Part shown: positions 16,483-26,403 of the stretch, piece after piece
Position numbering within the stretch: the first letter of the stretch is position 1
How the letters are laid out: every line of letters starts with the position of its first letter
Source: a virus
Taxonomy: Duplodnaviria; Caudoviricetes
Length of the DNA stretch: 50,248 bases
Strand: one strand, 5' to 3'
Virus record (IMG/VR): IMGVR_UViG_3300022200_000065
Span: 1 to 50,248 of that record
Notes under the pieces: model-generated
What the model was told of the DNA's origin: nothing
The model's input: the letters and a program-made list of their open reading frames with translations, nothing else
Databases searched by the model: none
Translations under genes and position numbers: made by a program

Positions 16483-17336
16483 TAGTAATCATCCTCTGTG
16501 CGATAAAATATTGTTGGGGCCGCACTGTTATTTATTGGGTTATTAACCCCTGTTACTTCTGATGGCCATGAACCAGGCCATGTTAACGACCCATAAACCC
16601 ATTGCGTAGCACTACCAAAAGCACTTCCTAAATCTGCATAGTTTATGGCGCGTGACCGTACAGTTGGATTACCAGAGCTATGAACCAACATATAATAGTT
16701 ACCGGCAGGCAATACCCCTGTACCACCAGTAAATGCTTTATCACCAGTAGTTGCAGAATCTATTTCACCTAAATCCGTAAACACTTTATAGCTGGTAAGA
16801 CCAACTCTTTCAGCTAAAGCAGCCCGAACAACAGACCCCGCTGAACCAGTAGTCACAGCACACATAAATTCAGTAACCCTAATGCGAGAAGTAACAACCA
16901 TAGGTATTGCATAAATCCTATTTGCAGTAATGGCTACTGTGCTTGACCCGCCTGCTTGATTATTAGGTATCTGCCATTTGGTTGCTGTGCTTGTTGCCGG
17001 TGAACCGCCAAAGTACATATCTTGTAAATTACCTTGGTCTGCACACATAACATCTTTATCACCGGCGCTAAAATTAACAACGGCATTTGAATTTGATGAC
17101 CTGAATATTTTATGTCTAACCAATGTAGTTGAATCAGACATATAACCTATACCATCTTCATATTCATTCAGTGTTTTGTGTAAAATAGAATAAAAAAATT
17201 GAGCATTGTTAACACCAACAACGTCAGCAAAAGTTCTTATTGCGGGTGAAAGACTGGTTAATGCAGCACCTAATGTAAAGTTGCCTGTTCCTGTGCTGGT
17301 TGAACTTTGACCAACTCTTGTTAATTTTGCTGGCAT
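16482..17336 (-). CDS. Putative fibre/receptor-binding protein
   Basis: N-terminal TGTG.FTL...SSNSN..VNFSAG.KDV virion module, followed by a beta-rich domain. Confidence 0.6.
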   Translation of the reverse strand: MPAKLTRVGQSSTSTGTGNFTLGAALTSLSPAIRTFADVVGVNNAQFFYSILHKTLNEYEDGIGYMSDSTTLVRHKIFRSSNSNAVVNFSAGDKDVMCADQGNLQDMYFGGSPATSTATKWQIPNNQAGGSSTVAITANRIYAIPMVVTSRIRVTEFMCAVTTGSAGSVVRAALAERVGLTSYKVFTDLGEIDSATTGDKAFTGGTGVLPAGNYYMLVHSSGNPTVRSRAINYADLGSAFGSATQWVYGSLTWPGSWPSEVTGVNNPINNSAAPTIFYRTEDDY

Positions 17337-17367
17337 TTTATTAAACCTTTTAAATAATTATGACTCA

Positions 17368-17871
17368 TTACATACACACCTTATAAGCTGCGTCATATTT
17401 GATTTCACACATTAGTCCAGCTTTCCTATTTGCATCAGCCTGGATTGCAACTTTTCTGTATGCTTCGTGTGTCCATTCAAGCAACTCTGTAAACACAAGT
17501 CTATCTGTTGCGGCTGTCGCTCGTTCGCTGACAGTGGAGCAATTACCGGCCTGGGGCAACTTTTTAATTCTGTCGAATTCGTGCTGCAACCCATCATTAG
17601 CAACATTGCTGTTATCAAGATCAGCAAGTTTTTCTTGTTCCAGTTGTTCAACATAATTTTGTGCCTCGTTTAATTTAAGCTGGTAATCACGTTGTTTATC
17701 CATCATATCTGTCGCAGCTTTTTCGTTGACCCGTGAGTCTAACAACAGATGGTCTGCGTAAGTCTTTTCCCATGCTGTGTTTGCAAACCATTTACCAGCA
17801 TAAAAAGAAGCAGCACACCCCAGTAAAACCGAGATGAAAATAATCAAAAACTTGTATTTATCTGGAATCAT
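17368..17871 (-). CDS. Rz: Rz-like inner-membrane spanin
   Basis: N-terminal TM, coiled coil, C-terminal AD....GL.CE..YD motif; nested lipoprotein gene. Confidence 0.8.
   Translation of the reverse strand: MIPDKYKFLIIFISVLLGCAASFYAGKWFANTAWEKTYADHLLLDSRVNEKAATDMMDKQRDYQLKLNEAQNYVEQLEQEKLADLDNSNVANDGLQHEFDRIKKLPQAGNCSTVSERATAATDRLVFTELLEWTHEAYRKVAIQADANRKAGLMCEIKYDAAYKVCM
17412..17654 (-). CDS. Rz1: Rz1-like outer-membrane spanin lipoprotein, nested in Rz
   Basis: Signal peptide ending LLMMGC, Pro-rich segment, alternate frame fully inside Rz. Confidence 0.7.
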   Translation of the reverse strand: MLNNWNKKNLLILITAMLLMMGCSTNSTELKSCPRPVIAPLSANERQPQQIDLCLQSCLNGHTKHTEKLQSRLMQIGKLD

Positions 17872-18076
17872 CTTCGTACCTATCTACTGGTTTGTGCGTC
17901 ATTTCACGCAAAATAAAAATTAAGAAACTGATGATAAATAGCACGATACCAAAATTTTCTTGACCGATTTGATCAGTGATTAAGTGTAAGTTGTATTCGA
18001 GGAACCCGAGCAAACTGACGATAAAACCAAGCCAGTATGTTTTTGATTTAATCCTTGACCTTGGTTTTTTCATCAT
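17858..18076 (-). CDS. Holin (2 TM)
   Basis: Basic N-terminus, two hydrophobic segments, charged tail, directly upstream of the spanins. Confidence 0.7.
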   Translation of the reverse strand: MMKKPRSRIKSKTYWLGFIVSLLGFLEYNLHLITDQIGQENFGIVLFIISFLIFILREMTHKPVDRYEDDSR

Positions 18077-18191
18077 ACACCCCTTGCTTTTGGTCAGAGT
18101 ATAATCAGCAATGGTTAAATAAGAAAGCCCCAGTTATGAGGCATTCTTTATTCCCGACAACATTTGTGCAATTTTAAAAAAGGACTATCGT

Positions 18192-18220
18192 TTGACAAAA
18201 TTAATATGACCAACTAACCT
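18192..18220 (+). promoter_or_regulatory. Sigma70-type promoter facing the 3' end of the primase gene
   Basis: TTGACA-17 bp-TAACCT. Confidence 0.55.
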
Positions 18221-18226
18221 GAATGT

Positions 18227-18291
18227 GTTTCATTAGTGGTGGGCTTGTCATGCCCGAGGCTACCTCAAGGACGGAAAGCCATCATTAAACA
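18227..18291 (+). ncRNA. Candidate structured small/antisense RNA
   Basis: Begins at the predicted +1; folds by eye into a long bulged hairpin; no ORF; family not recognised. Confidence 0.35.
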
Positions 18292-20660
18292 ATTGGTGCA
18301 AACTTCACCAGTTGCAATCCTTTAAAACCCCTCACTTGCTTACCACCAACTCTAGCGCGTTCCTGAGTTATCCCCATCGGTGATGAATTGATTTCCCGTA
18401 CCACTTTACCCTGACTGTATGTGTGGGTTACTTCATGTTGTTTTGCCCACAGCTGATAGGTGCGATACAGATCATCATTTGAAGTAAACGCATTAGCATC
18501 CAACGAACAGACGTCATGGATAAACCGTGACATAGGGTTCATATCTTCAGCGATACATTCTTTTTCTTGCCGTCCGGTATCAGCTTCAGTGAATCGACCA
18601 TTAACACGTAAACGGTTTAAACCAATTAAAGCCCACTGAGCGATACCAGGTATTTCCTGCAGTAGTCGGTCAGTTAACCCGGCATCTTCCCTACCAGCTA
18701 CTGATTTATAAAATGGAAAAACCAGCATCCGGTTTACCAGTGCACCTGACGGGTCATTAAATTCAGGCATACCATTGGTTGATAAAATTAGTTTCACTTT
18801 AAAAACCGTGGTTTGAACACCTTTGTACATAACGTGGTAATCCATTGGGTCACCACCAACAATCGCTTTAAAGTTGGCTAATACAGCATCCCGCGTTGAT
18901 GATGAAACACTGTGGGCGTCCGGGATTAACCCCACTGAGGCGCTTGACAACTTATGTAACACTGAGTCTTTAACAAAATTGCTAAGACTTGGTGCCGATG
19001 TATTATGCTCACCAACCATGTGCCGAATGATGGCAGCAATAACACCTTTACCGGCACGAGATTTACCAACCAGAACAGCAAATTTTTGCAATGACACATC
19101 ACCCACTAAACAGTAACCAAGGAATTCTTGCAACTGATCAACAAGGCGTAAATCATAACTGAATATTTCCCGCAAAAACGCCAACCACCTTGGACATTCG
19201 GCCATCAGGTTATAATCGTACAATAGTTCATTAAACGTAAAGAAATCCGGTGTGTGTGGCATAATTTTCGGTGGTGTGCATGACAAATCAACCAGGCCGT
19301 TTTTAAAACAAACAACATCTTTTGCCAGAATACCTGTGTGTAACCAGGTGCCGTTCTCAATTGCCTTAATGTTCACCAAATCACGCAGGCAGGCAAAAAT
19401 ACCACTAACCAACTTATCAGCTGGTTTGAATGCTTTATAAAAACGTTGCACACCGGCGCGTAAAACTGAATCACTAACCAAACACCACGACTTACCGTTA
19501 AACACATAAAATATCTTTTCGCAACAAATCAACCTTGACCCATCAAAAGCCATACCATCAAACACTTTGGCCAAATCATAATGAGGTGATTTTGCATTCA
19601 TCATTGGGCGCATTGCTGCAGCATCTTTCTTGTCGAGCCTGTCACCGGTTCTGATCACTTCTTCAGTGCTTTGTGGTGGTAGTGGTGCCGGTACAGGTGG
19701 CAAGTTAGCGAATGAAGCAACAGCCGTTTTACAACCGGGTTCATTTCGTGCGTAGTGATAGGCACGTTCAACAACTTCATCAAAATGTGATTGTTCGTTC
19801 TGGCCCCACGGCGGCACACAACGTGGGTTGTAATGTTCCCACATAATCGCCTGAGCTACGTTCAGCGGTAAACCTTGGTCGTAACCATAACCAGCAACAC
19901 GAATCACTGTGGCCGTTCCTGAGCCTTGTACAGCTGGTTCTGCCATCACTTCAAGAAACTTGATAAACCGTTGACGCGCAACAGGTGAATCGTTGAACCC
20001 TGAACCGGTGCCAATGGCATCCCGACTGTTCAACCACTTATCTAATTTGTCAGCATTTTCAGCTGTGAGTGTAAAAGCGTTTGTGAATTCAGCAGCTTTA
20101 TATTTTCTGGTGATTGTTGCTGTGTTATCGACGGTGATAACGTACTGTTTCGGATTTAATGGGTCTTTAAAATGCAACGTACCTGGCGCACGTACCACCC
20201 TGGATGGGTCAACAACCTGTTCATCAGAACCAGTTGATAACGATATCCGGCGCTGCAGTTCACTAAATTGTTCCTGTGACGCAATATCATCAACCAGCCA
20301 GAATGCGTGGCCATGTGTTGCATCACGTTGTGTAATGAAATGTGGTGGTATAGGCCACACCGGTTGATCGATATTATCGAAGTCGGCAAACAGCGCACGA
20401 AAATTAACTATGTTTGCTTTTTTACGACCTTTACCATCTGAACCATTCAAACCAATGTAAACACCACACTGATTGTTTTGTGACTGGATTAAAAACGGCA
20501 ATGCCTGTTGATAAGTCGCAACGAATTGTGCGGCTAAGTCATCACGTTTTAATCCCTTCGGGTCGTAATAAACTTGCCACGTAACCGGTGTACTTTCGTT
20601 ACCAGTCAATAGCCGAATGAAATGACGGATTTGATCCGCATTAAATGCAGGTGCTGTCAT
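18285..20660 (-). CDS. DNA primase-helicase (RepB-like primase plus D5/P4-type SF3 helicase)
   Basis: FADFD, HAFW and R..R.PG..H.K primase motifs; FKNG..D and Walker A GKSRAGKG; C-terminal wHTH-like region. Confidence 0.92.
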   Translation of the reverse strand: MTAPAFNADQIRHFIRLLTGNESTPVTWQVYYDPKGLKRDDLAAQFVATYQQALPFLIQSQNNQCGVYIGLNGSDGKGRKKANIVNFRALFADFDNIDQPVWPIPPHFITQRDATHGHAFWLVDDIASQEQFSELQRRISLSTGSDEQVVDPSRVVRAPGTLHFKDPLNPKQYVITVDNTATITRKYKAAEFTNAFTLTAENADKLDKWLNSRDAIGTGSGFNDSPVARQRFIKFLEVMAEPAVQGSGTATVIRVAGYGYDQGLPLNVAQAIMWEHYNPRCVPPWGQNEQSHFDEVVERAYHYARNEPGCKTAVASFANLPPVPAPLPPQSTEEVIRTGDRLDKKDAAAMRPMMNAKSPHYDLAKVFDGMAFDGSRLICCEKIFYVFNGKSWCLVSDSVLRAGVQRFYKAFKPADKLVSGIFACLRDLVNIKAIENGTWLHTGILAKDVVCFKNGLVDLSCTPPKIMPHTPDFFTFNELLYDYNLMAECPRWLAFLREIFSYDLRLVDQLQEFLGYCLVGDVSLQKFAVLVGKSRAGKGVIAAIIRHMVGEHNTSAPSLSNFVKDSVLHKLSSASVGLIPDAHSVSSSTRDAVLANFKAIVGGDPMDYHVMYKGVQTTVFKVKLILSTNGMPEFNDPSGALVNRMLVFPFYKSVAGREDAGLTDRLLQEIPGIAQWALIGLNRLRVNGRFTEADTGRQEKECIAEDMNPMSRFIHDVCSLDANAFTSNDDLYRTYQLWAKQHEVTHTYSQGKVVREINSSPMGITQERARVGGKQVRGFKGLQLVKFAPIV

Positions 20661-20672
20661 TGAGTCACCCGG

Positions 20673-20948
20673 CTATTGTTGGTTATTTTTGGCGGTGATA
20701 TATTTCGGGTGTGCAAACACAAACTTTGCTTGTTCAATACAACTCAAGCTAATTCGTGATGATTTATCCCGTAAGTATTGACAGACTGTAGATTCTTTAA
20801 GACCGGTTGCAGCAATAACAGCTTCAAGGCCATGTTTCTCACACATCTGAACAAGTTCAGCTTGTCTTTCACGCATTGTTTCCCGTTCATCACGACTGGC
20901 GATAATCCGTTTAATGGTGATCTGCATATTTGTCATCGTTTCAACCAA
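20673..20948 (-). CDS. Small HTH-like DNA-binding protein
   Basis: GLEAVIAATGLKESTVCQYL helix-turn-helix pattern; the start may be 20936. Confidence 0.55.
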   Translation of the reverse strand: MVETMTNMQITIKRIIASRDERETMRERQAELVQMCEKHGLEAVIAATGLKESTVCQYLRDKSSRISLSCIEQAKFVFAHPKYITAKNNQQ

Positions 20949-21358
20949 TCCATAAAGTGTTTATGTATAGCACGTAAGTCGTCAGCAGAAGTAGCGAAAC
21001 CACCGAAACCACCCATCGAAACAACCCATTCAAGAAACTTCAGCTGACCATGTTCACGAGTACCAGGCTTGAAAGCACGCATCTTAAAACCTTTGGGCTT
21101 AACTTCGATAGCAGTAAAAATAAAAACTTTTTTGCCAACCATTTCGGGTGTGATGGTAACCATCGTACCCCCGATTTCATCTGATGACAAAAAATCCTTA
21201 TCCTTTGATGATTCGTTACCTAAACCAAATCTGACGGGTCTACCGTACTCGTTGGTAAACATACCACGGTTATTCCGTAGCAGCCGCATTGAGACAGAGG
21301 CCGCTGCTAAGCGAACCTCGTCTTGTGCTTGTTGTTCTGGTGTTTGCTGCTTAGCCAA
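20933..21358 (-). CDS. VRR-NUC family nuclease
   Basis: RNN.G, SSD.IG, AIEVK and Q..FL...GG motifs. Confidence 0.88.
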   Translation of the reverse strand: MAKQQTPEQQAQDEVRLAAASVSMRLLRNNRGMFTNEYGRPVRFGLGNESSKDKDFLSSDEIGGTMVTITPEMVGKKVFIFTAIEVKPKGFKMRAFKPGTREHGQLKFLEWVVSMGGFGGFATSADDLRAIHKHFMDWLKR

Positions 21359-22415
21359 CGTATGCGTAGTTCCAGTCAGCTTTACCGTGCGCCACTAACA
21401 GTTCGTCAGTCCAACCAGGGTTGGCTTTGTACTGTTCGTAAGGCAGTTCACCCGCTTTCATAATAACGCGGTGATTCGGTACAGCTACGGTTGCAGGCGC
21501 TAGTGTTGGTGCTGGTACCGTGGTCGGTGCTGGGATACCTGGTACTTGACCTGGTGCAACGCCTGGAACCATACCCGGTGCCGCAGCATACTGTTGTTGT
21601 GGCATTACGCCTGGACCTGGCACACCTGGTACACCTGGAACCATTCCGGCTGCAGCACCCGGTAAAGCGACACCTGGCACCATTGCGGCTGGTGCTGGCA
21701 CTTGACCTGGCACACCTGGAACGGCCATACCCGGTACACCTGGAATAGCTGCAGCAGGTTGTGGAATACCATTCATTGCTGGTTGTACGTTACTATCACC
21801 GATTGCCATGTTAGCAAAAGTCTGAGTACCAGCATTTTTCTGATTGCCACCAGATGCCAGTTTTTCATCAATATAAGCCAACTGCAGGTTTAACAGCTTG
21901 ATACTTAAAACACGCTGGTTTGCTTTGTTAGTGTAAGCATCAACACTGATTTCAGCACGTGCCCAATAACCAGAGCAGACCTGTGCTGCTGATAGATTTT
22001 CTTTACCGTTTGGCGAAACCAAATCAACTGGGTCAGCTGATTTCATTGGTAGTTTGAACATACCAGCTGATTCAGGACGGACTTGGCCGATCATTGGGTT
22101 GTTATTTGCATCTTTCTGCCAATCCTGATCACCATCAACAAACTTCGGTGGATACTGAATACCATAAGCAGCGTGGTTAGCCATTAGTGTTGCATAGTCA
22201 ACCTTGAATTCAGTCATACAAACTTCGTTCAGTGCTTCCACAATGTTCGCTGGGTTTGATTCAGGACGACCATTCGGTTTACAGATACCGTTTTTCGGGA
22301 ACAACGCTGTCACACCGAACTTAGGTGTATCAGTCGGCTTTGACGCATAAGGTGCATCCAGATTGGCAAATGGACCAATGCGGAAATATTGAGTTAAAAC
22401 GATTTTCTGAGCCAT
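21351..22415 (-). CDS. ssDNA-binding protein (DUF2815-like) with long Pro/Gly/Ala/Val linker
   Basis: F.NL..P, K.....LFPK, SG.WAR and L.NLQ....E.L motifs; adjacent to the DUF2800 gene. Confidence 0.8.
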   Translation of the reverse strand: MAQKIVLTQYFRIGPFANLDAPYASKPTDTPKFGVTALFPKNGICKPNGRPESNPANIVEALNEVCMTEFKVDYATLMANHAAYGIQYPPKFVDGDQDWQKDANNNPMIGQVRPESAGMFKLPMKSADPVDLVSPNGKENLSAAQVCSGYWARAEISVDAYTNKANQRVLSIKLLNLQLAYIDEKLASGGNQKNAGTQTFANMAIGDSNVQPAMNGIPQPAAAIPGVPGMAVPGVPGQVPAPAAMVPGVALPGAAAGMVPGVPGVPGPGVMPQQQYAAAPGMVPGVAPGQVPGIPAPTTVPAPTLAPATVAVPNHRVIMKAGELPYEQYKANPGWTDELLVAHGKADWNYAYVG

Positions 22416-22423
22416 GTTAATTC

Positions 22424-23611
22424 CTACTCTATTGGGGTGAAGTTATGCGGTTTCATTACACCGCTAACTGGTTCAAATCGACCGATGCCAGCACCAATAC
22501 CAATGGCGGGGCGTTTGTCATTACTTTCAACTAACTCTGTACCAATATTGTCTGGTGCCTTGAAATACTTATCAACCACCGACTTTGGTACACCGGCCAT
22601 ATCCTTCAACACAGTCTTACCTTTTAACCGCATGTTATACAGATCATTCCGGTTCTTAATCGAACTCGCAGGGCTGGTTAAAATTTCATTTACTAATGCT
22701 TCCTCGTTAGTACATTCGTGACGTGCAATTGATTTCACGATTTTATAACCAGAAAGTTTTTTACCAGCCTTAGCATACTGATTTGCCAATTCAATGATTT
22801 TTTCAGCTTGACGCTTCATTGTTGGCACTTCTTTAAACATCAATAACACTTCACCTGGGTCCAGTATTTCTAATGGTGCATCAGGATAAAGCATATCAAG
22901 CGTTCGTAATAATCGTGGTCTACAGTTAGCAGATGCACGACAATAGTGGCAGTGTTCACCAGGTACTAATGGTGCATCCTTAGTCATTGCCAAAGCATAA
23001 ATTTCACGGAACCTTTGTTGAAATTGTCTTGCTTCTGCAATGGTGTAAGTCACCCGTCTGATTTCACCATCAATGTGTTCACCGCGTGGCTGATAGATGG
23101 CACCTTCAATAACATCAATACTATCCCACAGGTTAAATGTGTCTAAAGTGGATACGCTGTAATGCTTCAGCTGCATTGTTGATGATTCAACCAGACCATA
23201 ACCATACTTCAGATCACCAGTATACAATTTACGCTGTGATGGGATGTGAATTGACGCATCGACATACCCAAAAACATCAGTGTGAACACTACTCATTGTT
23301 ACTTTTGGTTCAACTCTTAAAACTGCACCGGGGTTTTCGGCAACGATGCGCCGGATATCACTGATGTACAGTTGCACATCATTGGCCATTGCATCAGTTA
23401 CCGAATGATTATTAAACTCTAACCCCACACAGTCATAAGCAGACAAACCAGCTTTGAAAGCAAATTCAGCCATCTGGTGCGCTGCTGTACCTTCTTCAGC
23501 TTGTGGGCTGCTGGTGTTCTGTAGCGCGTATTTATACTGACGTAATGCACCAGGGCATTTATCTAAAATATAAATACTGCTACCACCAAAATTACTGTGC
23601 ACTGTTGACAT
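22424..23611 (-). CDS. DUF2800 / Cas4-like PD-(D/E)xK exonuclease
   Basis: CPG, EGT.AH, FG.VD, DLKYG, QL..Y, QPR and C.YC....C motifs. Confidence 0.88.
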   Translation of the reverse strand: MSTVHSNFGGSSIYILDKCPGALRQYKYALQNTSSPQAEEGTAAHQMAEFAFKAGLSAYDCVGLEFNNHSVTDAMANDVQLYISDIRRIVAENPGAVLRVEPKVTMSSVHTDVFGYVDASIHIPSQRKLYTGDLKYGYGLVESSTMQLKHYSVSTLDTFNLWDSIDVIEGAIYQPRGEHIDGEIRRVTYTIAEARQFQQRFREIYALAMTKDAPLVPGEHCHYCRASANCRPRLLRTLDMLYPDAPLEILDPGEVLLMFKEVPTMKRQAEKIIELANQYAKAGKKLSGYKIVKSIARHECTNEEALVNEILTSPASSIKNRNDLYNMRLKGKTVLKDMAGVPKSVVDKYFKAPDNIGTELVESNDKRPAIGIGAGIGRFEPVSGVMKPHNFTPIE

Positions 23612-23619
23612 TGAGTTAC

Positions 23620-24558
23620 CTACGATGCAAACGGGTCAGGTTGAACTGGTGTTAACGGTTTTTTGAAATGCGCTTCGAGCTGATTCTGATACGCATGAAC
23701 ATTCTGATACAACCGATACAAATCACGGTATTGGACGGTTGATAAATCTTGAGTACCCAATTTTAATTGAGTCATCAAAGTCATCAGATAAGTCGGGTCA
23801 TTGTTGTTCATACCACGAACAGATTCATCGGCATCATCAACCAAGTCAAACGCAATTGCCCAAGCATTTAACTTTTTATTAACTTCAGGATAAACAGCAT
23901 CCTGTAGTTCAGGGAACGTGCCATTTTTAGCACCATGTTCCATGAGTAGAATACTGATGACAGAAAAATCAATACCGTATTTGTTGGTAAGCACACCCAT
24001 ACCGGCAATAACTTCTTTACGGATTGGATCTTCAAGTGATGACTGATGGACTGCTGCACCAGGTAACGGTAAACCAGGTAACGGTAAACCTGCTACTGCT
24101 GGCACCGGTAGCGTTGCTGTGGTGGTGACTGCAGCCGGTGCAGCGCCAGCAACTTCAGATTTAATAGCTGCAACACGATTATCGTACAAAGTATTATCAA
24201 CACCTTTACCACGTTTCCAAATGTTTTTCTGTGTAACAGCTGGCACACTGGTATTGATGTCTTTCGCCCAGTAACAACCCTGTTCGTCAATTTCTTGACC
24301 TGTCAGTTTTGCACCAGCATCAAGAGCCTGTTTAACGGTGACACGTGGCGCACCGGCAGGCGCTGCAGGAACACCAGCAACGGTACCTAACACAGCAGCA
24401 GTTACTGCAGCAGGTGCCATGCCTGGGATAACAACGGTTTCAATTGGTGGTAACTTGTTCACAGTTTCCACAACACCAACTGTGTCATCAGTCAGCGCAA
24501 TATTCAAAGCTGCACAAATCAAGCTTAATCGGTAGTTAACCTGTTCTAGCAAACCCAT
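23620..24558 (-). CDS. Hypothetical replication-module protein (312 aa, Ala/Pro-rich linkers)
   Basis: GAGGA RBS; located upstream of DUF2800. Confidence 0.8.
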   Translation of the reverse strand: MGLLEQVNYRLSLICAALNIALTDDTVGVVETVNKLPPIETVVIPGMAPAAVTAAVLGTVAGVPAAPAGAPRVTVKQALDAGAKLTGQEIDEQGCYWAKDINTSVPAVTQKNIWKRGKGVDNTLYDNRVAAIKSEVAGAAPAAVTTTATLPVPAVAGLPLPGLPLPGAAVHQSSLEDPIRKEVIAGMGVLTNKYGIDFSVISILLMEHGAKNGTFPELQDAVYPEVNKKLNAWAIAFDLVDDADESVRGMNNNDPTYLMTLMTQLKLGTQDLSTVQYRDLYRLYQNVHAYQNQLEAHFKKPLTPVQPDPFAS

Positions 24559-24607
24559 AATGTAAATCCTCTTGGTTAGTTATCGGAGTCATTTAGCCGA
24601 TGCCACA

Positions 24608-24673
24608 AATACTGGATGATGTAATTTTAAATGTCAAATTTTATTTTACACTTTTTTTGTTGTCTGTTAGTCT
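24608..24673. promoter_or_regulatory. Divergent sigma70-type promoters of the replication module
   Basis: Plus strand TTTACA(24645)-17-TGn-TAGTCT; minus strand TTGACA-17-CAGTAT (weaker -10). Confidence 0.55.
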
Positions 24674-24697
24674 TGCCTCATTCACAGAGGATTTCCA

Positions 24698-26401
24698 ATG
24701 ATTCAACTAAGAGAACACCAGACCGAGACAGCTAACAAGGTTGATGAACTACACAGTCAAGCATTTAAAAACGTCATGGCTGTATTACCCACAGGTGCCG
24801 GTAAAACCATCCTCATGGCCCATTTTGCATGGCGGTGTAACCAGCGTGGGGAAGGTGTTGTGATATTTGCACACCGTGATGTTTTGCTTGAACAAATCAG
24901 TGAAGCGCTTTGCTTGTTTAATGTTTATCACAGCATTTACAGCAGCAAACCTACCGTAAATTTTATCAGCAATAACAATCACCAGAAATTTGGTAACAGC
25001 TATTATCGTGAATCTTCAATGGTCATCTTGGCATCCGTTGATACTTTCTGGCGGCGTGATGTTGCTGCAATTTTACCCTACATCAAACTGTGGATGATGG
25101 ATGAAGGTCACCACATGACCAAGGATAGCAAGTGGCACCGTTGTATTGAAAAGCTTGACGAACAACCAGGCACAAAGGGAATGCTGGTTACAGCAACACC
25201 ACTAAGGGCTGACCGTAAAGGTTTGGGTCGTCATGCTTCAGGCATTGCTGATGCTATGTACGTCGGCACCAACATGCACAAACTTATTGAACGAAAACTG
25301 TTGTGTATGTACAAAATCTATGTGCCTGAATCAATGGTCGATACCTCTGATGTTAATATAACCAGTAGTGGTGATTACAACAGGGATAAACTGGCCAAAG
25401 CAACTGATAAATCAAATATCACCGGCAACGTGATTGAAAACTGGAAAGATAAAGCGTTTGGTAAACGCACCATTATTTTTACCGTAAACATAGCCCACAG
25501 TGATCATGTTGCTGCACAGTTTCGGGCTGCTGGTGTTAAGGCCGTCAGTTTATCATCAGAGGATTTACCATCGGTACGGAAAAAAGAAATCGAGGATTTC
25601 CGGTCAGGTAGGACCACGATACTAGTCAACTGTGATTTGTTTTCTGAGGGCTTTGACGTTCCTGGCGTTGAGGTGGTTATCCAACTTCGTAAAACCATGT
25701 CGTATGCCATGTTTAAACAGCAGTTTGGCCGGATGCTTCGTATACTTGACGGTAAGTTGTTCGGCATCTTAATTGACCATGTGGGTAACGTACCCTACTT
25801 CATGGATAAATATAACCTACAGTACCCGCACGATGACCCTGAATGGACGCTGGACGATTCACCAAAAAAAACCAACGGGTCTAGTGGCAAGACAATATTT
25901 ACTATCACTTGCAAAAAATGTCGTGCGTTTTATGCACCGGCACCAAACACAGACCAAAAAGATGTTTGCCCCGAGTGTCAGCACAACCACAGTGAGGATG
26001 AACAGTTAGCAACTATCCGGTCGTTTCAGGAAAAACAAGGCAAGATTGTTGAATATCAGCTTGACCTCGAACTGTTTAAAAAACTGCTGGCTGAACGTGC
26101 CAAAGTCGATGAACCGCCTGAAAACGTTCGTAGGCGAATGCAATACGCAGGGGCTGCAGATATTGTGGTTAGCGCTACTTACAACAACCATGCAAAGCGC
26201 CGGAATGCACAGATCATAATGAGGCATTACCTACAGCGTTGGTGTATGCAACGAGCCAAACAGATGCCCCATTTACCACCACCACTGATACAACGTGAAT
26301 TTGAATTAGCGTTCGGTGTGGCAGTTATCAAAGCTGTTGTGTTGTCTGAACCAGAGGCGATCAAGTTAACTGAACGAATTCAAATTGAACTGAAGGATTA
26401 A
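24698..26401 (+). CDS. Superfamily 2 DNA helicase with C-terminal zinc ribbon
   Basis: PTGAGKT, DEGHH, TATP, EGFDVP and QQFGR.LR motifs; CKKC...CPEC. Confidence 0.93.
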   Translation: MIQLREHQTETANKVDELHSQAFKNVMAVLPTGAGKTILMAHFAWRCNQRGEGVVIFAHRDVLLEQISEALCLFNVYHSIYSSKPTVNFISNNNHQKFGNSYYRESSMVILASVDTFWRRDVAAILPYIKLWMMDEGHHMTKDSKWHRCIEKLDEQPGTKGMLVTATPLRADRKGLGRHASGIADAMYVGTNMHKLIERKLLCMYKIYVPESMVDTSDVNITSSGDYNRDKLAKATDKSNITGNVIENWKDKAFGKRTIIFTVNIAHSDHVAAQFRAAGVKAVSLSSEDLPSVRKKEIEDFRSGRTTILVNCDLFSEGFDVPGVEVVIQLRKTMSYAMFKQQFGRMLRILDGKLFGILIDHVGNVPYFMDKYNLQYPHDDPEWTLDDSPKKTNGSSGKTIFTITCKKCRAFYAPAPNTDQKDVCPECQHNHSEDEQLATIRSFQEKQGKIVEYQLDLELFKKLLAERAKVDEPPENVRRRMQYAGAADIVVSATYNNHAKRRNAQIIMRHYLQRWCMQRAKQMPHLPPPLIQREFELAFGVAVIKAVVLSEPEAIKLTERIQIELKD

Positions 26402-26403
26402 CG

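Noticed and set aside
18235-18285. c-di-GMP-I riboswitch or HDV-like ribozyme (GGACGGAAAGCC resembles GGACGCAAAGCC)
   Set aside because: Other conserved elements and the required pairing topology could not be found; kept only as an unclassified RNA candidate
21480-21780. VPG/APG repeats in the SSB as a separate repeat element
   Set aside because: Low-complexity protein linker with degenerate codons, not a discrete DNA element
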